Shown one piece after another: positions 12,175 through 20,901 of a stretch of DNA of 64,000 bases. The translations under genes and the position numbers were made by a program. The notes beneath the pieces are model-generated. The model was given only the letters and a program-made list of their open reading frames with translations, was not told the DNA's origin and did not search any database. This stretch comes from Candidatus Xenobia bacterium (GTDB taxonomy: Bacteria > Vulcanimicrobiota > Xenobia > Xenobiales > QWHO01). The first letter of the stretch is position 1; each line of letters starts with the position of its first letter. Where the stretch lies: assembly GCA_045863235.1 (NCBI GenBank), contig BTUM01000027.1:1-64000 (forward strand), given 5' to 3'.

Positions 12175-13983
12175 GTGGCCACAGGAGCCTGGCTGACGGC
12201 CGTCGCGCCCGACAAGCAGGTGCAACGCTGGGTCATCCCCGAGACGGAAGTCCTGGTGGGCCGGCCCGAGGCTCAGGAGCCGGAAGGCAAGCTCACGGTA
12301 GCCGGCGACCCGACCCTCAGCCGGCGCCACTTCTGGGTAGCCCGCACGCTGACGGGGCTGCGCATCCGCCGCTGTCCCGAGGCCCGCAACCCAATCTTCT
12401 TCCAGGGCCAGGACAGGGAAGACTTCGAGCTTTCGGCCGGCCAGCACTTCGTGGTGGGCAGCACCCACTTCCAGTTCGCCACGAGCGACCGCTCCTCCGA
12501 GCCCCCCACCCCGGCCCGCGAGATGACTCTGGCCCACTCCAGTCGGGAGGGGGCGCGCGAGCGTCAGGCGCGCGAGTGCCTGCACGCCATGACCCGCCTA
12601 CTACCCCGTCTCAAGCGGGCCACCGACGAGCAGGGCCAGTGGGAGGGGGCGCTGGAGGTGCTGGCCGGGGTGCTGCCCCGGGCCAGCACGGTGATGGCCC
12701 TGAAGATCGACCCCGAGCGCCTCGAGCACGACCAGGGCGACTTCTACGAGGTGATCCACTCCTATCAGCCCTTTGCCATGAGCCGTCCGCTGCCGCCCAG
12801 CCGGCGCCTGCTCCGCTCCGCCTTCAAGGGCCGGGAAACCTCGCTGCACCTCTGGGAGGACGCCGGCGGGGGGGAGGGACTGACGGTGCAGTCCCAGATG
12901 ACCTGGGCCCTGGCCGCCCCCGTGCCCGACACCGACTATGCTCTCTACGCCTGGGGGGGAGAGATGGGTAGCACCCTCACCCTGGGCACCGAGGACCAAC
13001 CTGGCCAGCAGGAGCGCGTGCTGGTCGACCTGGTGGCCGAGACCCTGGCTCACTACCTGGTGCTACGCCAGATGCACCAGCTCGAAGGGCAGGTGGGTCA
13101 GTTCTTCTCGCCCGCCCTGCGCAAGCTGATGCTCCAGCGCGGGTCGGAGGCCATCCTGCACCCGGCCCGCCGCCATGTGACCGTGCTCTTCTTCGACCTG
13201 CGCGGCTTTTCACGGGCCACCGAGAAGGCCGACGACGGGGCCCAGGACCTGGACAAGATGCTCGAGCACCACGATGCGCTGACCGAGGTGATGACCATGG
13301 TGACCGGCGCCGTATTCGACGAAGAGGGCATTGTGGTGGACTATCAGGGAGACGCCATGCTGGCCTGCTGGGGGGCGCCGATGGCCTGCGAGGACCATTC
13401 CCCGCGGGCGGTGCGCACGGCTCGCACCATTCTGGAGAAGTTGCACGGGCTGGATGTGCCCTTCGGCACCCAGGCCCCCGGCGGGCGACGTCAGATCATG
13501 CGCTGCGGAATGGGTATCGGCTGCGGCGAGGTGGTGGCCGGACAGATCGGAGCCCGCCATCAGATCAAGTATGGCGTGATGGGCCGGGTGGTCAACCAGG
13601 CCTCGCGCCTGGAAGGGCTGACCAAGTACATCGGCGTGCCGGTGCTCATGACCGCTGACGTGCGCGCCTCGCTGGACGAAGAGGTGTTGTGTCGGCGCGT
13701 GGGCCGCATCCGTCCGGCCGGAATGTCCGAGGCCCTGCTCTTGCACGAGCTGGTGGTGCCGGTCGAACTGGGCGGCAGCGGCCTCTCGGCCGAGGAGGTG
13801 GCCGCCTACGAGGCGGGTGAGGCGCTCTTCACCGAGGGCCGTTTCATGGACGCCCTGAGCTCACTGCGCCAGGTGCCCCTGGAGGACCCGGTGGGGAGCT
13901 TTCTCACCCGCCGGGCTTACCAGCTGATGGACGAGGGCGCTCCCGAAGGCTGGGAGGGCGTGCTGGAGTTCAAGGCCAAGTAG
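12175..13983 (+). CDS. FHA-domain class III nucleotidyl cyclase
   Basis: FHA motifs GR...SRRH..RN; cyclase motifs VLFFDLRGFS, YQGDA, VNQASRLE. Start moved to GTG 12175, just after the LLM stop. Confidence 0.88.
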   Translation: MATGAWLTAVAPDKQVQRWVIPETEVLVGRPEAQEPEGKLTVAGDPTLSRRHFWVARTLTGLRIRRCPEARNPIFFQGQDREDFELSAGQHFVVGSTHFQFATSDRSSEPPTPAREMTLAHSSREGARERQARECLHAMTRLLPRLKRATDEQGQWEGALEVLAGVLPRASTVMALKIDPERLEHDQGDFYEVIHSYQPFAMSRPLPPSRRLLRSAFKGRETSLHLWEDAGGGEGLTVQSQMTWALAAPVPDTDYALYAWGGEMGSTLTLGTEDQPGQQERVLVDLVAETLAHYLVLRQMHQLEGQVGQFFSPALRKLMLQRGSEAILHPARRHVTVLFFDLRGFSRATEKADDGAQDLDKMLEHHDALTEVMTMVTGAVFDEEGIVVDYQGDAMLACWGAPMACEDHSPRAVRTARTILEKLHGLDVPFGTQAPGGRRQIMRCGMGIGCGEVVAGQIGARHQIKYGVMGRVVNQASRLEGLTKYIGVPVLMTADVRASLDEEVLCRRVGRIRPAGMSEALLLHELVVPVELGGSGLSAEEVAAYEAGEALFTEGRFMDALSSLRQVPLEDPVGSFLTRRAYQLMDEGAPEGWEGVLEFKAK

Positions 13984-14120
13984 AGCCGCGCATAGCGCTC
14001 GAGTCCAACCCTGAGGTGGGGCGGCAGGGAAGCGGGTGTGGTCATCCGCTCGATCTGGGCCACCCTGCGAGGGATGGCTTTGAAGTCGATGTCCACCTGG
14101 TCTTTGATCTTCTGTCTCAT
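13917..14120 (-). CDS. Possible small hypothetical protein (67 aa)
   Basis: Host-like codons, downstream of polB on the same strand, but overlaps the cyclase 3' end and has no clear RBS. Confidence 0.3.
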   Translation of the reverse strand: MRQKIKDQVDIDFKAIPRRVAQIERMTTPASLPPHLRVGLERYARLYLALNSSTPSQPSGAPSSISW

Positions 14121-14186
14121 AGACCAAGCGTAAGGCAGGTGGGCTCAGACTTCAGTGATCATGCGTCACGTTTCAGGTCCAAGAAT

Positions 14187-16412
14187 TCAGCGGCGGTCGA
14201 CCAGCTGAGGCACGAATTTCTGATAAAGCTCGCTGAGCTTTTTCTGGTAGTAGGCCACGTTCTCGTCCGGGCTGGCAGGATCGTGCTCCACCACGCGCTT
14301 GCAGTGATTGTAGGCGGTCACGCTGGCTTTCTGGCCGGTGATGTAGTAGCTGACCGAGTCGCCAGCGACGTAGCCCCGCTCGGCGGCCAGGGCCAGTTCG
14401 TAGGCGGCGGCCCGGTTGCGCGAGCCGGCTCCGGTCTTCTTGCGGTAAGCCTCGGGCGACTCGGACAGGGTCTCGGTGCGGGCCAGGTCGCGCACGGGAA
14501 CCCGGCGCTGCTGCAGGGCCTCGAGGGTCTCTCGGTAGAGCTGCTCCACCTGCTCCCCATGGCCGGAAAGCACCAACCGTAGCATCTGCTCGACAAACTT
14601 GCGAAGATAGGGCTCCAGGCTACGAGAGCGCAGGCCCGAGCCCTTGACCGTCAACTGGCCGGCCTCATCGAGCAGGGCGTAGTTCTTCATTTTGTGGCAG
14701 TACATGGCCACATAACGACCGTCCAGCTCAACTTGCAGGCCGGCCGGGAACTCGGCGTTCAGAGCCTGGACCAGGGCCTCCTCGGCCGACTCGCCCTGCA
14801 CTTCGGGAGGGGGTACGAAGTAGACCCCATCGGTGTCCACCTCCAGGATGGTGGCCCCGCGGCCCTTCAGCCACTCGATCATGCGGGTGAGCAGTTGGCG
14901 GCCTTCAGACGTGACCCGGGCGGCCTGCTCGAAGTCGCTGAAGTTGCCCTGAGCAAAGCCCAGGTAGCCGTAGAACGAGTTGATCAGGATCTTGAAGATG
15001 GTCTGCAGAGCGTTGTAGAATTGGCGCTCTTCCGGGGCCTGACTGGCGCGGTGCAGGCGGCGAGCCTCCAGGCGAAAGCTGCGAAGGTCGGTGAGCAGCC
15101 CTCGAAACACTCCCAGCGTGTCGCCCCGGGGCCACAGCTCGTGCTCAACCATCAGGGACGGATAGAGCGAGGCAACGTCACAGTGCAGCACCCCGCGGGC
15201 CACCCCGGCGTGCTCCTGGGCCGTCAGTCCGCCGGCGAACTCTTGCACGCCGGGCCGGGCCGGCAGGCTTGTGCGCCGACGCAAATACTCACGCAAGAAG
15301 AGCGAGTTGATGCGGGTGGCATTGCCCCGCAAGATGACGTGCTCGTAGCCGTAAGGGAAGATCTGGGTCTGCAGGAAATAAGGATAGGCCAGAACCCGGG
15401 CCACCTCGAGAATCAGCTCGGCATCCTGGCGAGTTTGAGCCAGCACCCGGTCGGGGCGGTTGTGGAACAGGCCGGCCCGCTCGAGCGGCGAGAGCCAGGC
15501 GGACCGGGACAGGCCAACTCCCAGGTGGTCGGCCACCTCGCGCAGCTCGTAGGAGGGCAGGTCGCGCTCGGAGACGTCGTAGAGCTGGGTGAGGATCCAG
15601 AGATCGAGCAGATCGCGGCCGCGAATCTCCCAGCGCGGATAGTCCAGGGTGCGCTCGGCAATGAACATGCGCGAGATCTGATAGCGAGCGGGGCTGCCGT
15701 CCCGGCCCAGATCGAGCGAAATCTCCAGCGACCTGGCCCGACGGTAAAGGTAGCGCAGCGTGGTCTTGAAGAGGTCGTGGCCCTCGATGACATCCGGGTC
15801 GCGCTCTCGCACCAGGGCCACGAAACGCTCCAGCATCTCCTCTTCGGTCAACTCGTCCAGGCTGAGCACGGTCTCCCAGCCGCTCGGCTCTCGCAAAACG
15901 ATGGCCAGGATCGGGTCACGCTCGGGCGAGGAGAACTCAAAGCCCTCGGTCAGGTCGGTCTCGATGGTGATGGCCAGACGCTGCAGCTCCTCGAAGGCGA
16001 TGCCGCGGTAGAAGGTTCGCCCGGTCCAGAGCAGGTACTGATGGATCACGTCGGGGCTGAAGATCTGCGCAGACTCCTGGTGCCCGGGCGAGTTGCCGCA
16101 AGCTTTGGCGACGTGACGGCTCACCTTGCGCAGCTCGCTCATGTCGGGGCAGCGAACCAGGAAGCGGAAAAAGCCCTCCCCGGCCAGGGGCTCGAGCTCG
16201 AACCGGGCGCTGCAGCCCTCAAGCAGCTCGCTCTGGCTCAGCCAGAGGAAAGGCTGAAAGTCTTCCGACCGCTGCTCGACCCCCCGCTCGGTGCGCCACC
16301 ACGTGGTCACGCCGACCGCCTCCTCGGCCGCCCCCACCAACCCGTGGGTGCGATCGGAGCCGAAGAGAGCTGGATGATCGGCCAGGGGCAAATGGTCCAG
16401 CGAAAGCCTCAC
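14187..16412 (-). CDS. Family B DNA polymerase with a degenerate 3'-5' exonuclease domain
   Basis: Polymerase motifs DVASLYPS, KILINSFYGY and DTDG are intact. Start uncertain (GTG 16412 or the ATG near 16469); the longer ORF would overlap the DUF971 gene. Confidence 0.9.
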   Translation of the reverse strand: MRLSLDHLPLADHPALFGSDRTHGLVGAAEEAVGVTTWWRTERGVEQRSEDFQPFLWLSQSELLEGCSARFELEPLAGEGFFRFLVRCPDMSELRKVSRHVAKACGNSPGHQESAQIFSPDVIHQYLLWTGRTFYRGIAFEELQRLAITIETDLTEGFEFSSPERDPILAIVLREPSGWETVLSLDELTEEEMLERFVALVRERDPDVIEGHDLFKTTLRYLYRRARSLEISLDLGRDGSPARYQISRMFIAERTLDYPRWEIRGRDLLDLWILTQLYDVSERDLPSYELREVADHLGVGLSRSAWLSPLERAGLFHNRPDRVLAQTRQDAELILEVARVLAYPYFLQTQIFPYGYEHVILRGNATRINSLFLREYLRRRTSLPARPGVQEFAGGLTAQEHAGVARGVLHCDVASLYPSLMVEHELWPRGDTLGVFRGLLTDLRSFRLEARRLHRASQAPEERQFYNALQTIFKILINSFYGYLGFAQGNFSDFEQAARVTSEGRQLLTRMIEWLKGRGATILEVDTDGVYFVPPPEVQGESAEEALVQALNAEFPAGLQVELDGRYVAMYCHKMKNYALLDEAGQLTVKGSGLRSRSLEPYLRKFVEQMLRLVLSGHGEQVEQLYRETLEALQQRRVPVRDLARTETLSESPEAYRKKTGAGSRNRAAAYELALAAERGYVAGDSVSYYITGQKASVTAYNHCKRVVEHDPASPDENVAYYQKKLSELYQKFVPQLVDRR

Positions 16413-16568
16413 GGGGGCGGCTTCTTGAGCAACGCGAAAAGTCTTTCCAGAAGTTCTGAGCCTTGTCATCGCCGGGGACCCGTCCTCAGGGAGCCGCTCA
16501 GAACAAGTTCTTTCGGGCACTGCTCGGCCGGGGAGGACCTGCGCCCGGCCGGGCGCGAACGGCCGCTC

Positions 16569-16880
16569 ATGGAGCCAGTGGACTACGATATCGAGCCCTC
16601 CCAGGATTTGCTTCGTTTGATGTGGAGTGACGGGCGGGCCACCCTGCACTCCATGGCCGACCTCCGCCGTCAGTGCCCCTGCGCTTCCTGTCGCGCCGAG
16701 CGCGAGAAGATGAAAAACCCGACGGGGCTGCGCGTCCTGAGCGGGCCCGCCCCGACCGTACAGCAGGCTGTCATCCTGAAGGTTCATCCAGTAGGGCGCT
16801 ACGCCTTGCGCTTTGACTGGAACGATCGGCACTCCACCGGAATCTACAGCTACGAGTTCTTACTCGAGCACAGCCAGTAA
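16569..16880 (+). CDS. DUF971 / GBBH-like N-terminal domain protein
   Basis: WSDG...LRRQCPCASC...VGRYALRFDWNDRHSTGIYSYEFL; this is the real C-terminal part of the 728-aa track ORF. Confidence 0.9.
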   Translation: MEPVDYDIEPSQDLLRLMWSDGRATLHSMADLRRQCPCASCRAEREKMKNPTGLRVLSGPAPTVQQAVILKVHPVGRYALRFDWNDRHSTGIYSYEFLLEHSQ

Positions 16881-16951
16881 GTCTTTCAGCATTTTTTCAG
16901 GGTCGACTGGTAGTTTACAACTACAGCAATCTGCGACCAGGGAGGCGTGCG

Positions 16952-17155
16952 ATGATCGACAACAATAACCTTCGTGTCAGCTCATCCAATCAGTATCTGA
17001 TGAGCAGCGCCTCGGGCCGTAACTCGGCCTGCCTGACGGCGCCCGAGCATGGTGAGCTGCTGATCGACAGCGGGCTGAACAGCCTGGCCTGGCTCGAGCA
17101 GCCTATGTCGCTGGCCGAGATGCAAAAAAACGGCAACTCGAGCTTCGTACTCTAA
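16952..17155 (+). CDS. Small hypothetical protein (67 aa), Ser/Asn-rich N-terminus
   Basis: GGGAGG RBS, isolated intergenic position, terminator downstream. Confidence 0.65.
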   Translation: MIDNNNLRVSSSNQYLMSSASGRNSACLTAPEHGELLIDSGLNSLAWLEQPMSLAEMQKNGNSSFVL

Positions 17156-17205
17156 GCTTCTTCGAGTCTACGCTCGATGAAGTCCTAAGCACTGCTCTTC
17201 AGATG

Positions 17206-17247
17206 CAATGAAAATGGGCCGCCCTTTCGGACGGCCCATTTTCATTG
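17206..17247. terminator. Bidirectional intrinsic terminator
   Basis: CAATGAAAATGGGCCG / CGGCCCATTTTCATTG inverted repeat between convergent genes. Confidence 0.85.
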
Positions 17248-17271
17248 TCAGCAAGTCAGCTGCCTTGCACG

Positions 17272-19386
17272 TTAGAAGTCGACCTTCATCTCGGCCATGA
17301 ACTGGTGGGCGCGATAGTTGCCACCAGCAAAGGCCCGCTGCTGGAAGTCGAGGTAGCGGTAGTCGAGCGACAGTCGGGTGTCGCGCGAGAGCTCGAAGTC
17401 CAGGCCGATGTTGGGGATGGTCTGGGTGAAGCTGGTGTTCAGCACCCCGCTGAATCCGCGGTAGTCGAGATACCAGATACCACCGCGAATGTCGATGTCC
17501 TCGAACATCGGGTAGGCCAGAGACAACTTGTAGACATCTTCGGTCAGGCTCATCGCGTCGATGGCCGGGCCGCCGCGCCGCAGGTTGTAGCGGAAGTAAT
17601 CAGCTCCGAGCTGCAACTGGTTGTCGAACTCGTGCCGGAAACCAGCACCGTAGGATTCCACCGTGCCGCGCTCGGCCCCGCCAGCCTGGAGCATCGGGAA
17701 GAGGGGCTCGATGTTGCCCACCGTCTGCACCTGGGCCGGAGTGGTGGCCTTGACCTGCTGCAAATTCTGGTAGTTGACGAAGACCGAGGTCTTACCGTTC
17801 TTGTTCCACTGGTCCTCGTTCCAGGCATAGCTACCGTTGAACTGGAAGCCCTTACGATTGTTCGGATAGTTCAGGTAGTCATGCAGCTGGTAGTAAGCCG
17901 AGTAGTAAGTTCCGTAGGGCAGGAAGACCGGAATCGCCGGCGAGGTCGGATAAGCGATCATGAACGGGTCGTAAGTCGGGTCCGTATGCTGATACTGCAA
18001 GCTCAGGTAGAGCCGCTCCATGGGAGCAGCGCTGATACCCAACCGGTAAAGACTTCCCGTCGCCGTTGTCGAGAACAGGTTCCCCTGACGATCCGGGTCA
18101 TAAGTCGAGTGGGCATACTCACCAAACAGGCGAAGGTCGATGTCTTCCACCACCTGACCATCGGCGTGCAGACCGAATGTGACCTCTTCCTGGGGACCGA
18201 CAAAGGTGCGCGCCGTATTGGTGCGCGTGTCGAGCCACGAGGAAGTGGAGACCGGCGGAGCGCCCGGCCCGGTGAAAGGCACGGCCGGCAAAGGCACCAG
18301 GCCCGAGCCGAAGCGCACGCCGTCATTATGGGAGTCATTGACGGTGCGGGCCACGTTCAGGTCGACCATGCCCTGTTTGAACTCGTAGCGGATATTGCCC
18401 GCCATCGACTGAGTGTTGTAGGCCGTCAGGTCGGGCAGGATGGTGTAGAGGGCCTCATACTTCCAACCCGAGTCGGTCCCGGCGATCGAGCCGTTGACAT
18501 TGAAGCCGTTCATGGACAGCCAGCGCGGCTTCTGGTAACCAGGGTTGCGCGGCCCCTGGAGCACGAAGCCCTCCACATACCGGGGGAAGAACGAGCCGAT
18601 GGTGAGCTTGGTGTCGCTGGGACGATGCTTGACCCAGAAGTTGTCGAGCACCATGCGGGTAAAAGGCTGATTGTTGTCGGGCTGCTGGCCGGGGATCACG
18701 CCGCCGCGAGCGGTCCACTGGTTGAGCAGGAAGGGAGGAGTGATACCCCAGTAGGCATCTACGCCCTGGTCACCCTGAGAGGTGAAGGCCACGAACTCAG
18801 CCCCGGCCAGGATGTCATCCGAGACGTCGGCATTCAAGCCCAACGTTGCCGCGGAGGTGAAACCTGCTCCTTCCAGGAGCAGGCGACCGGTGGACCAGTC
18901 GATCCCCGGGTTGGCGGCCGTGCCGATGGTGGTGGGGCCCACCAGGCTGTTCGAGACAGCGATGGTATGCAGACGCCCGTAGAATCGGATGCGCTCGAGG
19001 TCGGCTACGCGCTTGTCGAGGCGACCCACGTTCTCCTCAAGGTTCGTGACCCGAACGCCCAGGGCTTGAAGCTCCTCGCGATAGGCCTCCACCAGCTTGC
19101 GCAGGTCGTTGAGCTCGGCTTTGGTGGCGAACGTGGCGTGCTCTTGCTCCATCTTGGCCAGTAAGCGGGCGATGACCATGGCGACCTCATAGCGCGTTGC
19201 CGCCCGGTCACCTTTAAATGTCCCGTCCGGGTAGCCTTCGACCAGGCCTTTCGCCGCCAGAGCCCTCAGGGCGTCCGAAGCCCAGTGGTTCTCAGGAGCG
19301 TCCGGGAATAGCGGAGCCGCCACGCTCTGAGCCGCCAAAATCGACACGAGCGAGAGCCCACCGACAAAGTTCCACAACCGTTGCAC
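17272..19386 (-). CDS. SLH-domain outer-membrane beta-barrel protein (OmpM-like architecture)
   Basis: Signal peptide; SLH (FPDAPENHWA...GYPDGTFKGDRAATRYE); coiled-coil stalk; beta-rich C-terminus ending in Phe (EMKVDF). Confidence 0.85.
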   Translation of the reverse strand: MQRLWNFVGGLSLVSILAAQSVAAPLFPDAPENHWASDALRALAAKGLVEGYPDGTFKGDRAATRYEVAMVIARLLAKMEQEHATFATKAELNDLRKLVEAYREELQALGVRVTNLEENVGRLDKRVADLERIRFYGRLHTIAVSNSLVGPTTIGTAANPGIDWSTGRLLLEGAGFTSAATLGLNADVSDDILAGAEFVAFTSQGDQGVDAYWGITPPFLLNQWTARGGVIPGQQPDNNQPFTRMVLDNFWVKHRPSDTKLTIGSFFPRYVEGFVLQGPRNPGYQKPRWLSMNGFNVNGSIAGTDSGWKYEALYTILPDLTAYNTQSMAGNIRYEFKQGMVDLNVARTVNDSHNDGVRFGSGLVPLPAVPFTGPGAPPVSTSSWLDTRTNTARTFVGPQEEVTFGLHADGQVVEDIDLRLFGEYAHSTYDPDRQGNLFSTTATGSLYRLGISAAPMERLYLSLQYQHTDPTYDPFMIAYPTSPAIPVFLPYGTYYSAYYQLHDYLNYPNNRKGFQFNGSYAWNEDQWNKNGKTSVFVNYQNLQQVKATTPAQVQTVGNIEPLFPMLQAGGAERGTVESYGAGFRHEFDNQLQLGADYFRYNLRRGGPAIDAMSLTEDVYKLSLAYPMFEDIDIRGGIWYLDYRGFSGVLNTSFTQTIPNIGLDFELSRDTRLSLDYRYLDFQQRAFAGGNYRAHQFMAEMKVDF

Positions 19387-19531
19387 CGATCGATGCCCCC
19401 TTATCCAGATTCGCCCCGGTAGGCACGAAGAAACTTCAGTACGCCCGGGTTCTTATTTGAATACCATTCTATTCTTGAGTTTTCCGCAGTATTCTCGCAG
19501 GAACTGTTTTCCCCTTCCGAATGTCTGAAAA

Positions 19532-20755
19532 GTGGAAAAACCGTTCGAGACAGTCATCGTGGGTGGCGGTGCCGCGGGTTTTTTTGGGGGCCTGCGAGTT
19601 CGTGCGCTGGCACCTCGAGCCTCAATTCTGATCCTCGAGTCGGCCGCCCGGCCCCTGGGCAAAGTGCTCATCTCGGGAGGAGGACGCTGCAACGTCACCC
19701 ACGACCTCAACGACCTGGACCGACTGCTGGAGTTCTATCCTCGCGGCGGACCGGCTCTGGCCTCGATCCTGCGCCGATTCATGCCGGCCGACACGGTCAA
19801 ATGGTTCGAGTCGCGCGGGGTCAAGCTCAAAACCGAGGCCGACGGACGCATGTTCCCGGTCACGGACCGCTCTCAGAGCATCGTCGACTGCCTGCTCAAA
19901 GAAGCAGCCCGGTCGAGAATCGAAGTTCGTTCAGGCGACCCGGTCAGGTCCGTCGCTTGCAGCCCCGAGGGCTATCTGGTCCAATCCAAGAGCGGCCGCT
20001 TCCCGTGCCGGGCCGTGCTGCTGGCCAGCGGTAGCTCGCCAGCGGGATATCGCTGGGCCACCGCCCTGGGCCACGAGCTGGTGGCACCAGTACCTTCTCT
20101 CTTCACCTTCAAAGTGAACAGCCCGCTGCTCCAGGGCCTGGCCGGGGTCAGCCTGAGCCGATCTCGGGCCACCTTACTGCTCGACCCTCCCATCACCCAG
20201 GAGGGACCCTTGCTGGTCACCCACTGGGGCCTGTCGGGGCCGGCTATCCTGAAGCTCTCGGCCTGGGGAGCCCGAGTTCTGGCCGAGCGCAACTGGCGAT
20301 GCCCTCTATCTGTCGACCTCGTCCCCGATCACACCGGAGCAGAGCTGCGCGAGCTGCTCGTAAGCCTGAAGGAGGGCGGACGACGCCAGCTCGGCAACCC
20401 ACCCGTCGACCTGCCCCGCAGCCTGTGGCGAGCCGTGCTGCAAGGGGCCGAGCTTCATCCCCAGCGGGTCTGGGCCGAAACCTCCAACCGTGACCTGGGC
20501 CGCCTGGCCGAGCACTTGAAGGCCTGGCGGTTCGAGATCGCGGGCCGAGGCGTCTTCAAGGAAGAGTTCGTGACCGCCGGAGGAGTCCCGCTCGATCAGG
20601 TCCATCTCAAGACTCTGGAGTCGCGGGCCTCGCCGGGCCTGTTCCTGGCCGGAGAGATCCTGAACGTAGACGGGTTGACCGGCGGGTTCAACTTCCAGAG
20701 CGCCTGGGCCAGCGGTTGGGTGGCCGGCCAGGGAATTGCCACCAGGTTGCAGTGA
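19532..20755 (+). CDS. HI0933/YhiN/BaiN family flavoprotein
   Basis: GGGAAG, KVLISGGGRCNVT, GRMFP, FVTAGGV and DGLTGGFNFQ motifs. Confidence 0.93.
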   Translation: MEKPFETVIVGGGAAGFFGGLRVRALAPRASILILESAARPLGKVLISGGGRCNVTHDLNDLDRLLEFYPRGGPALASILRRFMPADTVKWFESRGVKLKTEADGRMFPVTDRSQSIVDCLLKEAARSRIEVRSGDPVRSVACSPEGYLVQSKSGRFPCRAVLLASGSSPAGYRWATALGHELVAPVPSLFTFKVNSPLLQGLAGVSLSRSRATLLLDPPITQEGPLLVTHWGLSGPAILKLSAWGARVLAERNWRCPLSVDLVPDHTGAELRELLVSLKEGGRRQLGNPPVDLPRSLWRAVLQGAELHPQRVWAETSNRDLGRLAEHLKAWRFEIAGRGVFKEEFVTAGGVPLDQVHLKTLESRASPGLFLAGEILNVDGLTGGFNFQSAWASGWVAGQGIATRLQ

Positions 20756-20901
20756 CGGGTTTGCTACAACCAGCGGCGTCCCCCGGGGGACTTCGCCACC
20801 GAAACTGCAGGGAACTCCTGAAGGCACGGGGCCGGTCTTGGGAGAGGTAAAACGGACCCGGCTGCGAAACCGTTTTGACTGTTTGGCCTGAAGGAGTGTC
20901 C

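Noticed and set aside
14694..16568. N-terminal part of the 728-aa plus-strand ORF and the 881-aa extension of polB
   Set aside because: Mutual antisense shadows; only DUF971 (16569-16880) and the shorter polB carry motifs
17245..19164. 639-aa plus-strand ORF
   Set aside because: Antisense to the SLH protein gene
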